A stretch of DNA of 50,768 nucleotides, counting the filler, from Basidioascus undulatus (Eukaryota): NCBI GenBank assembly GCA_000826855.1. It is 3 parts of 3 records of this genome, joined end to end, with 100 filler letters (N's around TTAATTAATTAA, not from the genome) between each part and the next. Parts side by side here need not be neighbours in the genome. Positions count along the whole stretch, not along the records: positions 1 to 16,882 come from JTLS01000559.1; 2 more parts are not named here. One strand, written 5' to 3'. The translations under genes and the position numbers were made by a program. Below the pieces are notes generated by a model. It saw only the letters and a list, made by a program, of their open reading frames with translations, was not told the origin of the DNA and did not search any database. Positions 1-13,492 of this stretch are shown here, one piece after another. Each line of letters begins with the position of its first letter. The stretch's first letter is position 1.

Positions 1-355
1 GGATGCACCAGGCGAACTGAGGGATGGGAGGAAGCGGACGGGTGGGTCAGCGCTCGGAGTGGTTGAGGGCGGCCTGGGGCAAGATGCAGTCCAGTGGATC
101 CAATGTCGACCCCTCCTGCAGTTCCTCGGATGTCCTCCCGATCCATCGAACCTCTCGCACTCCCTCACCCCTCACTCAACTCACCTCCATCTCGTCCCTC
201 CACCTTCCCAAGCTACTCCTCCTATCCGCCCCCATCCCCATCCCCTCCGCCCCAGCGCCAGCGGCACCCTTGCTCTTGTTCTTCCCCTTGCTCTTGTTCT
301 TGCCCGCGTTGGACTTGCCCTTCCCTTTGGACAGCGATGCGGCGGTGAACGACAT
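1..355 (-). CDS. Hypothetical protein, 5' part only (runs off the contig start)
   Basis: ATG at 355 in ACAATG context gives MSFTAASLSKGKGK...WRDEME. A GTGAGT donor follows, and a GCTGAC...CTCAG acceptor near 18 continues as FAWCI. No family recognised. Confidence 0.45.
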
Positions 356-1247
356 TGTGTAGAGGGAGGCGAGGTGTTGTGTTTGTGGATTTAGAGGTGG
401 AAGTGGTGAGCGGACGCAGATTGCGGTGACTCCTCGCATGGCGTTTAGAATTACACGTGTTCCGTCGGTTCGAGAACGGCATGACTGCGGAGCAAGTGGC
501 TCGCATATCTATGGTACGTAAACAGTCCCTCCTCTGAAATTTTGGTGGATGAGGTGAGATAAAAGAGGCAGAAGTCGATGGATTGAAGTGAGAAGACGTA
601 CTGCAGCGAGGACAGTGGTCTGCGATAAGAAGAGTGTGTCTTCATGTGTCAATGCATCGTCGTTGTATGGTCTGCAGCTGCCTGCACACCATACACAGTC
701 AACATGCTGAGCTCCAAAAGATTCTATCAATCTGTCATATACACGACCCAGCTTGCCCCGTGTAGATGTGTTCCGGGTCTGCCTGAGGTCGAGCACAGCA
801 ACGTCTGCCGTATGTCGTTTCACCTTTCAGATTCGCGTCTGAGTTGCGCTCGTAGGTTAGTATCTGTTAGGAACCGAAGCTAATATACCCGACTGAATTA
901 ATTGAAGGACGGGTAAAGTACATCGAGCATCGAGAGCCAGCCAAACGAATCTGCTGCCGTTGCGTGCAGCGTGCCAGCCTGTGTGCAGCCTGTGCTAGAC
1001 TGCCATTGGCATGGGAGCGATCGCACGACCCACCCTGGTGCAGCATCCTACCTTCGAACTAATTTGTCATCTCCTCATTTACCTTTTCATCTTATAGTCT
1101 CCCGACACTTCGAAAAAATCAGACGCACCCTCATAAAGCGCGAGAAAACCTCTCCAACCCTCCTGTCCGGGGAAATTCCCCTCCCTCGCCGCCTTGGCTT
1201 CCCGCTTCGTCTCTGCTCTCACCACACTCCCCGCCACATCCCACACC

Positions 1248-3510
1248 ATGTCTCCCGCACCGGACTCACCGTCCTCGGAATCCTCCTTCGAGCGCGCCCC
1301 TCTCCTCGACCCAGCCTCTGAGAAGCGTCTCCCCGAGCGGCGCAGCAGGCGCGCGGCCGTCCTCGGCGGGCTCGTCCTCTTCGCGCTCGCGGCGTTCCTG
1401 TTTGGCGCGGCGACGGCTGTGGAGTTTAATTCGGGCCGTCGTGCGTCCAAGTGTGTGGAAAAGAGAGAGAGAGGAAGAGAGGGCTGATCAGCACGGTGGG
1501 GGCAAGACAGCCGACGACGTCCCCGACAAAGAGCGCCCGGGTCTCTCCCAGTTCCGGCTGCTCGACACGCTGAGCGACGAGCAGCTTCGGCTGGACTCCG
1601 GGGGGCGGCTCATTGTAGTGGGCGATATTCACGGAATGTCTGCGCCTTTCGAGTATGTCTTCCGTCTCCCTAGTCCCTCTCTGCGTGGAAGGCGTGGGAC
1701 TGATGGGCTGTGGTGCGCAGGGAGCTCTTGGACCTCGTCCGCTACCGGGCGAGGAACGATACAGTTGTTCTGTCGGGGGACATGGTCGCGAAGGGCTCGT
1801 CATCGCTTCCTGTTTTGAGGCACGCCATCTCGCATGGCGCTCTGGCGGTGAGGGGGAACCATGACCAGAAGGTGCGTTCCTAATCCAACTTTTCCTCCTC
1901 CCGTCCTCCATGCCTCCTATTCCGACATTCCACCTCCCACTCCATACCTTCTACCTCTATTGCACTCCCCACCTGTTACATTCCACCTCCGCCTTCCGCC
2001 TTCCGCCTTCCTTCTTCCCCTGTTTCCCATCTCCCCTCCCACAGTCCCTTTCCTGTTCCCGACTTGCCCAGACAAGATGCTGAGGACCACGGCGCCCGCA
2101 GGTGATCGAGTGGCGCGCGTGGATGGACGCCGTGCGCGCCGTCCCGGGCGGGAAGGAGTGGATTAAGTCCGGCGCGCGGGAGAAGGACCGCCCGCGCGGG
2201 GCGCTCAAGGTGCCCGACGAGTGGGAGTGGGAGAGCGAGCACTGGGAGATGGCCAAGTGCGTTTGTGTTTCTCTTCCCCCTTTGTTATTGGGGAAACTGA
2301 CTGTCAGTGTCCACAGGGACATGGACAAAGAGCGTTACGAATGGCTCCTCTCCCTCCCGGTGGTGATTCGGATCCCGCTGCTCGACCTCTGTGCGTTCCT
2401 ATTCCCTGCCCCCACCTTTCCCCCCTCCCTCTCCGCTGACACTGGCTTCCCCCTTTCTCTGCCCTCTCTGCCTCTATCCCTCCCCTCCTCTCACCCACCG
2501 GTCCTCCCCCTGCTCGGATCTCGCCCTCGACAGTCATCGTCCACGCGGGGATGCTGCCCTCGGACCCGCAGTCGAAGCGCACGTACGCTGACCCGCCGTA
2601 CGACAAGGGCGCGCTCCGGGTCCTGGACGTCCCGCAGAACAAGCCTTGGAATGTTCGTCTTCTGTTCCTTCCCCTACAATCTTCCCTTCCCTCCTTCCTC
2701 CCAGCATTCCTTTTTCCCTCCTTCTCTCTTTCGCTCCATGCCTCCTTGCTTTCTTGCCTCCTCTCATTCTCTCCTTGCTTCCTCTCCTCCTCTCCTTGCT
2801 TCCTTGCCTCCTCCCTTTCTCTTCGTGCTTCCCTTCCCCTTCCCTTCCCTTTCCCCTCCCTCCCCACTCTCCTCACCTGTTGCCCCTTTTTTCTGCGCCG
2901 TCTCTCGTCTACAAGCGCCTGAGTCTGATAATGCTGCATTTGGGTGGGTGTAGATGATCGAGATGCGCTCCGTCACGAAGCGGGGCGAGCCCACGCCCGA
3001 CGCGGACGCGGGCCACCCTTGGTACTACCTCTGGAACGGCGAGATGGACGCGTGCGCGGCGGTCGGCGCCGAGCGCGGGTGCATACCGCAGTTCATCACG
3101 TACGGGCATGCGGCGGGGCGGGGGCTGAATTGTGCGTTGCGCTTCTCCTTCTCCCTTTTCTCCTCCCATTTTCCTCTGCCTGTCTTCTCGTCATCTTCGC
3201 CTTAGCTCTTCCGTGTCCTTTGTGCGGCGATGCGACCGGTCGAGCTGATTACAATGTTGGTGGGACAGTGGAAGCCCACACGTTCGGCCTCGACACCGGC
3301 TGCGTCCGCGGCGGGCGTCTCACAGCGCTCATCGTCTCCTCGCCCTCTACTCCCTCTCCCTCCGACTCCGACGAGGAGCAAACCACCAAGCGCCGCAAAG
3401 GCAAGGGCCGCGGAAGGACGCGCAAGCTCCGCAAGGACGCGGACGTGCAGGTCGGCGGCGCAGAGAGGTGGAAGGCGGAGGTGTGGAGTGTGGGGTGCGA
3501 GGCCGCTTGA
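1248..3510 (+). CDS. Calcineurin-like metallophosphoesterase with N-terminal membrane anchor (Ppn2/YNL217W-like), multi-exon
   Basis: Spliced exons give a TM segment (AVLGGLVLFALAAFLFGA) and the motifs VGDIHG, GDMVAKG, GNHDQK, VHAG, YGHAA and GLDTGCV. Stop TGA at 3508-3510. Confidence 0.85.
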
Positions 3511-3966
3511 GGTTAAAGGCTGGCCCGGGATGGGCCGGGCCTGCAAGGTTAAGAGGAGAGCAGGGAGCGGATGGGGAAAGGACGGTTCCTTTGTGACGAC
3601 GTGTAGTGATATGCATCTTTCCTTTTGTCTTCTTGTTTATTGCTTCGCTTGTTCGATTTTTCTTGATTTGTAGCGCTCGCATTATTTCGCACTTCGCATT
3701 GGGTAGTCGTCGCGGTGATACATACATGGCCGTGGGGCGCCTACCTCAACAACACAGGCTGTATGCATGGGAATAATATTTCTGAATGTGGGCAGCCAGC
3801 GAAGATTTTTGAGAATCTAAGGGAAACTGTATCGCCTCCGTCGCATGGCGCTGTGCAAATACGGAGTTTGTTCAGGCGCGACTGCGAGTCTCTCTCCCTG
3901 TTTTTTAATGCACATCAAACCGTCCTAAGTGTTCTCCAGAGGGGGCAGATAATGAATGGCAACCCC

Positions 3967-5224
<1,258 letters not shown>

Positions 5225-6068
5225 GGTGCTTTGATTGGGGTTGAGGAAGGAGGCGGAGAGGGGTTCGGTGTGAAGGGAAGGTGCAAGGGGAAGGACGGAG
5301 ATCGGCAGGCAAGTTGTGCATGAACAGGGTTACGTAAGGAAAGACTGCAGCATCTGCATCAAGTTCTTTATCGTCGTGAAATCTCCGCCATATAACAGAT
5401 GTCTGCCTTGCATTTTCTAAAATAGGCTCCCTAAATGTCTTTTGAGCGCCAGCTGTATGTTGTATGCGGCGAGCCTGAGTATCCCGGGCCTGATGCAGTG
5501 ATCCTGGCTTGGCAGGCATCAATCATCCAGCGCTGCTTCCTCCTTTCAAAAGCTGTTTGAAAAGCAGGAGGGATACTGAGCAGCTGAAAGTCTCGAAAAT
5601 AAATGCATCCCTGGCGCAGGTCGGCGGACCGGATATCGGTCGTCGACAGGCAGTGATCCATGTGTGTCCACCGGCGCATGTCCGCCGCAGATGCCAGGCA
5701 GCTTTCAGGTACACATTCTCGATTCTAATTCATTTATAAGGGAGCATACAATACAAATCAGAGTAAAACTTTGCTTAAACAAGAGGACCTGGCAGACACA
5801 ATCAGGCTTGATTGTTTGGCAACCTTTCAAAGCAGGATTTACTTGCCTGCCTCCTCCCCCGCTCTCAGGGACTGCGCCATCATCGAGGTCGGGTGAGCAC
5901 CGCTCTATCTGACTCCCACCCTCACCCGCCGCAGCGCAATCCCAACCCCACAGCGCACACACACCAACAGACAGCGACCCATCCTTCCCCCATACATCTT
6001 ACTGCTCCCCCTTACACTCCACCATCATCACGCCCGATCCCCCAATCTCCCCCCGATAGCGCTCCACC

Positions 6069-7108
6069 ATGATAAGTGTCCCCACCCCACAAGAAACAGA
6101 ATCGCCCTCCTAAGCTCATACCCCCGCGATCCCCCACAGCTCCCCCAAGCGCCGGATCGAGACGGACGTGATGAAGCTGTGCGTTCCCCTCCCATCTCCT
6201 CCATCCGGCTCACCGGGCCGCGGCTTATCCGAGCCCGCCCATCTTCCCTCTCCAGCCTCATGAGCGACTACGAGGTGACGCTCGTCAACGACAACATGCA
6301 GGAGTTCTACGTCCGCTTCCACGGGCCGAAGGAGAGTGCGTGTGGCTCGCGCTGCCCGGACTCGGACGTCTGGGGCTGACTGGGGTGCTTGGGGGGATGC
6401 GATGGGATGGGTCAGCGCCGTACGAGGGAGGCGTGTGGAAGATCCATGTCGAGCTCCCTGATCAGTACCCGTACAAGAGCCCTTCTATTGGGTTCATGAA
6501 CAAGGTGCGCTACCCTTCCAGCCCTTTTGGGGATCAATTCCGAGCTCACCGGAGCGTCCCCTAGGTGTTCCACCCCAACATCGACGAGCTGTGAGCGCCT
6601 GCTCTCGTCGCACGCCGCATCTCATCGCCCGAACTGACTCCTGTCCCGCAGCTCCGGATCTGTCTGCCTGGACGTAATCAACCAGACCTGGTCGCCCATG
6701 TTCGGTACGCCCGCAGCGCCGCCGCCCGTCCCCATGCGCTTACACCCCTCCTGCCCTCCGCGGGTCAGACATGATCAACATCTTCGAAGTCTTCCTCCCC
6801 CAACTACTGCGGTACCCGAACCCCGCCGACCCGCTGAACGGAGAGGCTGCCGCGCTGCTCATGCGCGAACCGAAAGCCTACGAGGCTAAGATCCGGGGTG
6901 CATCCCCCTCTCTCCCCCTCTCTCTCTCTGGCATGTCGGGAGTGAGGCTCATGGAGGAGGGTGGTGGGACGGGGTAGACTACGTGGCGCGGTATGCGACG
7001 AAGGAGGCGGCCGACGATGCGGAGGAGGAGGAGGAGAGCTCGGACGAGGAGATGAGCGATCAGGGCAGCCTGAGCGACGAGGAGCCCGCGGGGGGGATGG
7101 ACCTCTAG
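6069..7108 (+). CDS. UBC8: Ubiquitin-conjugating enzyme E2 (Ubc8/UBE2H family), multi-exon
   Basis: [63 protein letters not shown] and an acidic tail. Stop TAG at 7106-7108. The first intron is non-canonical (see findings). Confidence 0.95.
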
Positions 7109-7621
7109 CCGATGCGTCTATCCCTCTACTTTACTTTACCCTTTCGCTCCACTGCATCACTCCCACTCCCACTTGCATGCGGACGGATCGTCGTCCTTAG
7201 CCAGCGCTCTCCTTTCCTCCTTCATCTCCCCCCCCCTTCTTGAATGCCATTACATGTTGTACCTTAGCTTCTTCCAACCGTTTTTGACAGCCCTCGTTCC
7301 TGACATATCACAAAGCATTGCGGCAGAATGCAAGATAAGGATGCCTCTGTGAAGCCATCGGGCGCTATTTCGCTGCTGCTGGTTGGAAGGCATGCCGCTT
7401 GGGGTGCGTGCTGTATTGTTGGCCTTGCGAGTCGGATACGGAGTTATGATCCATTCTGCAGTTATCATGCGAAGGACTGCACGCCCTGTATGGCCTTCGC
7501 TGGCTGGCCGAGACTTTGCTTCCTGCGTCTCTCCACTGTTCGAGCCGCCATGGGCACGCTCCACCATGCACAGAGGCAGCACAGTCTGTCAAGCAAGCGA
7601 ACCCCATGCATCCCCCGCCCA

Positions 7622-9897
7622 CTAGTCCACCATAGTCTGCCTGAGCCTGCGGAGCAACGCGACGGCCTCCTCCCGTTCCGTTGCGTTCGTCGCGACGAGC
7701 TTCTCGAGGTACTGTCCCGCGAGCGAGCCGTTCCCGCGCCGCATCTCGTACGCCGCGAGGTACATGTACGACCCGGCGTAGTCTGCGACGCCGAGCCGGC
7801 CCTCGGAGCGCTCGACAAGGTCGTACACCCGCCGGTGCTGCGTCGCGGCTGCGTCTGCCTCGCCGTTCCGCTCGTATAGCCGTGCGAGCTTGAGCAGCGG
7901 CTGCGCGTCGGACGCGTCGCCTGAGAGGGAGAGGCAGCGCTGGTTGCACTTGATCGCGTCGGGGATACTGTGTGGGAGTGCAAGGGGTCAGCGCTTGCGG
8001 TGGGGGACGGAGGAGGGAGATGACGCACCGGTTCAGCTTCTCGTAGTTTGATGCGAGCGCTTGCCACATTCGGGTGTCGTACGGGCTGTGTTCGAGATAG
8101 ATACAACTCAGCGGTGGTCCCGTCTGAGAACAGAGGCACATACCGAAGAGCAGCCGCGCGCTGATAGTAGTGCAGCGCATACCTCGGCATGTCGAGGAGC
8201 TCGTACGTCTGCCCAAGGCCGTACCACGCGCGGTAGTCCTTGCGATTGACATCTTCAGCACCACGGCCCGCACATGTCAGCTCAGTTCCACGCATTGGCT
8301 TGGTCACGGCTGCGCGGGCAACACACCTATCGCGCGCCGGTACGCCTCAATCGCGGCGTGCGTGTTCTTGAGCTCGACGTACTCGTGCCCCATAAGCGTC
8401 CACGCCGAGAGGTACGACTTGTCGAGGCGCAGCGCGCGGCGGAAGTAGACGATCGCGCGCTCGTGCTCCTGGCGCAGCGAGTAGTAGTTGCCTGCCATCC
8501 CGCTGTCAGCGCTCATTCTTCGGCGTAAAGGGAAGGAAAGACACACCGATAAGACAGCAGACTTCTGGCCGGTTCTTGTTGACGCGGATGAAGCTGTGCG
8601 CGAGCGAGGACAGCTTCGCGCGGTTCTCCATCACGTAGAGGATGTTGCTGTAGAGGTCGAGGTCTTCAGTCCGATACGGATCCGCGGCGAAGATCTCTTC
8701 AAAGATGCGCTCCGCCTCGTCGAGCTCTGCACCCACTTCCCATCAGCGTCCGTAACGCCGCCGCTGAGAGAAGAGAGCTGGGAGACGCACGTCGGAGATT
8801 GTAGTGCACCAGCGCGCACTGGCCGCGGAGGTACAGACTATGAGGGAAAATGATCGCGAGCTCGTCGATCACGGCGTGCAGCTCCTCGGTCGCCGCGTGC
8901 AGGTCGACCATGACGTGCAGAGAAAAGAAGCGGAGCATGACACCCTGAGGCAGGTGCGGTTCGATTGCAGTGAGCTGTATTGCGGCCGGCCTCATAAGCG
9001 GACAGGAACCATAGGGAGACACGAGGGGAAGGGCGGACCTCGTCGGTGTCCTCTACGCAAGAGGCGAGCAGGAGCCAGGCGGACCAATTGTAGGGATAGG
9101 CGGAGACGGAGCGGATGAGGACATCCATCGCTTCGATGCGCTTTTTCAGCTTGTCGAGAATAATGCCCTTCCTGTAGAACAAATATCGAGTGTGTTTGAG
9201 CGTCAAGCAGAAACGAGTGGATTAGCGCGGACGCGAGACGTACAGATAAAGGAGGAACGGATCTGAAGGCTCGCCGAGCTCTTCGAGGATGGGGCGAAGC
9301 TCCGTATTTCGAGAAACACCACGCATGTCCTTGGTGCCTTTAAATACCCATATCAGAAAGACTATAAGGTGAAGCGGCAAGCCCTACCTACCCATGATCG
9401 GCTCGACCTCTTCTTGACACCTCCGCTCGCTCGCCTGGAGAGCTCAAGCTCAGCTCGCGAGACATTCCAGTGCTGAATGCATGGGTGCTCACCAGATATC
9501 TGGAATAGAGTCTCAAAAACCTCCCCGTCGGCCCAACACACCCCGCCAGCGCATTCGCACAGCGCTCGAGCTCCTTCCCATCAAAGTAGGCCTTGCCCAC
9601 CCGGAAGCGGTCCTCCTCCGCCGCGTCAGCCGGGTCCACGCCGGCCCCAGGCTCGGGGAGGAACTCGATCTGTTCTGGATCGAGATCGAGCGATTGGCGG
9701 GGGTGGGAGGTCGAGCGGGCGGGAGTGGACGTTTGGAAGAGTGGCACGTCGGGAGACGAAGGGCGGGACGGAAGCGAGGCGAGCAGCTCGGCCGCCCAGC
9801 GGGAGGCGACGAGGAGCCCGCGCGACGAGCAGTCTGAGACGGCGCGTCTGAGAGAACGCGCTATTTGCGATGGATTTTCGGGTGAGGCTGGTGGCAT
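7622..9897 (-). CDS. CDC23: Anaphase-promoting complex subunit 8 (TPR protein), multi-exon
   Basis: [15 protein letters not shown]-terminus, [71 protein letters not shown]. Confidence 0.93.
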
Positions 9898-10676
9898 CGG
9901 AGTGAGATTGAGGGATGTGTAGGTTGGGAAGGTGGAAAGGAGGACGCGTCGAGCCCGCGTCTGCCTTTCGGTCCCTGAATTCGCAGATGACAACGCGTTG
10001 CCCGACAGCTGCGACAGACTGCCTGCATTTCAACAGCGATCGAATGGTTCGGGTGTCCATTCATCTCATCAATTTCATGTTATTATTTTTCCCTGTAGTC
10101 TATAAACTCGGTAAATGAGCTGGGGGGAGCAGCTCTACGTAGTCTGCGCCGATGTGAGCCAACGTGAGTCGGTCACTGAAAACTTGTCGAAGGGTCGAGC
10201 GAGAGCGGCACCAGCAAGCAGAGCGAGGTTCGAAAGATGCAAATGGTTCGAGGGAAACGAGATACAACTGATTCGCTCCAGGCTTAAGTGAAAGAGAATG
10301 TCCCCTGAGTCGGGCGATGAACGATGCGGCGAAAGGAAGAGAAAGAGAGGCAGCCACAGGGGCGCAAGAGGCTGGCGAAAGATGAAGACAAAGGGGAAGG
10401 AAGGGGTCTCGCGCGTTGACGCGCCAGCGAGGCATCCCCGAGCTCGAGACAGCCGCCGTCCGGTCTTGACGTTCCTGTCGCGTTACAGCCGAGGACACGA
10501 TCCGTCGTGCATGGGACCTCGCCGCAGACATGCAGTAAGAGCGGAGCGCCTCTTCGCATTGTCGCTGTTACAGTTGCGAAGAAGAGAGTGCTACCAAAAT
10601 ACAGGTATTATGATTGGAAAGAGGTATCATGCTGAATATGCTGCGCCATCAACCCGAACACCACAATCGCCCCTCG

Positions 10677-12107
10677 TCACCACATCTTCTCGCTCATGGA
10701 CTCCTTACTTGGGCTGACAGGCGACCGAGAGGACGACGAAGACCACTCGACATCACCGCGCCAAGAGCGTCGACGACGGTGGCGCATGCGTTGTCTCCGC
10801 GCGATGACTGCGAAGGTAGCCGCGGCGAGGACCAAGAGGGAGAGTGGCGCGAGGAGGGCGAAGTACGGTTTGAGGAACTCGATAGACTGTGAAGAAGGGT
10901 AATATGTTTAGCTTCAGGTTGATATGAAGGAACACCAACCGTATTCAGCAGACGCACCTTGCCCATCTGCAAGATCAACTTCGCGTCATTTCGGTGCCAG
11001 GAGGATGCGCCGAGGTGTTCGAAAAGCGGAGTGGTGACATGTCCGTTTCTGCAGACCGATCACATTAGTAACTTTGTCAAATCATATCGATAAAACCTTT
11101 CACGTACAGACGATATTCCCAAGGTAGGACTTTCAGCTCGTTGTGCCGCGGGAAAGTGGCGTGCATAGTTGAAAAGAAGTGACAGCCTGCCACAAAAAAT
11201 CGCACACAATCAGCTCCGTGCGGTCTGACAACGCAGTTGAGGAACTCACCAGTCTTGAACATGTTAGTGATATATGCTGACCCGAACCATCCGAGATTAA
11301 AGCGTGACAGGTGGTGGACGACATGTTGGAAGAACGGGTGGTGCGGCTTTGCGACGATCTGCGGGGCCATTCGGCAGCTCTTGAGTACACTCTTCCGGAA
11401 ACACCGCCAGGTACTGTCTGAATCACAAACGCATTATTGACTCCGGTCGGCTGAGCCGGAGGAGTGACGAAGGATTGGGTGAGGAAGGGATCCAGAGGAA
11501 CCTGTCTGAAGGTCAGTGACGCACTGGACAGCCTCATAAAACCAACCTGAAACTCACCCGGCATGCCAAATCCAAATCCATATAAATTCCCCCAAACGTA
11601 TGCAGAACAAGGTATCGCAACACATTCGAGCGCATTATCTCTACAAAAACGCAGCTCCTTTAACGCCTCCTCGATGCCCAATGCGTGATCGATTCACTCA
11701 CCTTGCTCGTAGCCCCGGTACAGCGCGAACATCTCCTCTCCATAATACTCCCTCACAAACGCATCCCCAGTCTTGTCGGTCCAGAGCCGAAACTCCCAGT
11801 CCGGATGAAGCTCGACGCAGCTGTTGCGCGCGACCTCCCACGAGGGGCGCATAGCGAAGCCGGGTCCGAGCCGGACTTGGTGGATGATGCGCGGAACGAC
11901 CTCGGTGGCATTGGGTGCGGCGCGAACGTGCGCAAGGTTGAAGCCGTCGTGATCTCCTAGTATCGGAGAGCGGAGGAAAGGGAAAACGATGTAGGTCCCT
12001 CCGAGGAGGACGGTCGCGATGAGGCGGTCTCGGAAGACGAGGAGGGAGAGGCTGAGGAGGAAGAGGAGGGAGACGAGGAGATGTCGCCGTTTCGACTCTG
12101 ACTGCAT
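10677..12107 (-). CDS. Glycosyltransferase family 32 (MIPC synthase Sur1/Csh1-like mannosyltransferase), multi-exon
   Basis: N-terminal TM, VPRIIHQ, HPDWEFRLWTD, MRSNVLRYLVLHTFGGIYMDLD (DxD), KPHHPFF, FEHLGASSWH and a C-terminal TM, ending SEKMW*. Confidence 0.85.
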
Positions 12108-13492
12108 GGTAGACCAGATGCGGCTGTGACTTGGTTTATAACGGTCTTGGGGACGAACAGGAGGTAGATAAGGTCGACCGAGGTCGTGGCAGGTCAGTCA
12201 GAGGTGGATAGGCAAACAAGGCGGAACGGAGCGGGGGTTGACGCCGTGCTGAATGCACAGCCAGTCTTATGGAAGAGGCCTGCATGTGTCCACGCATGAT
12301 GTGTGTAGACCATAAAATCTCGGACGCCGAGCGAAAGGCAAGCCATCGGCGTATACGGTGCAGGCCGACGCAAGCTGCAAAAGAACGTTGCGCAACGGCG
12401 TCCGAAGTCCGGCTGTGCTGAGCCGAGCCCAGCACCGAGAGTTGGCTCCGTTTTGCCGTGCGGCTAACAGAAGCTCGTCAATAATGGAAGTTGACCTTCT
12501 TGAATGGAAATCGAAGCCTTAGAGAACATTTTCCACAGCAGAACATGTTCCTTCTCTTATTGCGCAACTCAAGGTTATCTTATCTGCCACGCAAGAAGGT
12601 CAATCAAGAGCACTCTCACAACTTATCCCAACCCTCACCTCCCAAGCATCATGAGGCTCGGACTCAAGCCCGGGCTGCTTGTCAGCATGAATGACAAGAA
12701 CCTGTTCGGTGCCGCTCACTCGGCGCCCGCATCATCCTTTGGCATGTTTGTGGACCGCGCGGCCGCCAGGCGCGTTGCAGGTTGCTCTGCAGTTTTTATG
12801 CATGTTGAAGACCTGGATGGCGAAATTCGCCAGCGTTCGAGGCGGCTCTCAAGGATTGGTTACCGCACATGCCAACCGTAGACTTCCTGCACTAACAAAA
12901 CATATGAACATCACCTTTTATCACCTTCCAGAGGAAGTTGAGGGGGAAATAGAAATGTCATGCAAAACCTGGATCGCACCAAATATCGCATCGATCAAAA
13001 AGACGGGCGAGGCAGTCACGCTGCACTCGACGTTGCGGCGAGAACATCAGACAGGTCGACTGCAAGAATTCGCTCGGACAGCAACACAGCACCTAATGCT
13101 TCCATGACTCCAAAGAATTTATGTTTCTTTTGGCGTCTACTCTGGGCCCTTCGCAGCCCAAGCCCCATTGCTCTGCCTGTTGAAGGTGACACCGTGAAAC
13201 CTTGAGGTATACTGCCAGTATGGCAGCGTGGGCACCAGGCGCGTTCCTCATTTGTATCTTCTGCGAGCTCAACAAGTAGAAGAACTGCAAAACTTTCATT
13301 GTCCTCAGTATATCCATGATCGTGCCATCAAGTAAAAGAGAGCATGCCTATCGACGCCACGTCTAGCGGTCCAGCGGAATACTAACTCCGAAAGGCGGTG
13401 TCAGAGCCACAGCGACAAATACCCTTTCTTGTTTCGCAGTCCACTCGCTCCCAAACAAACCTCCCATCTTCCACAAGTGTCAGGAAAGCAAG

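Noticed and set aside
5539..5571. Imperfect inverted repeat in the TGS1-UBC8 divergent intergenic region
   Set aside because: Short and interrupted, compatible with chance.
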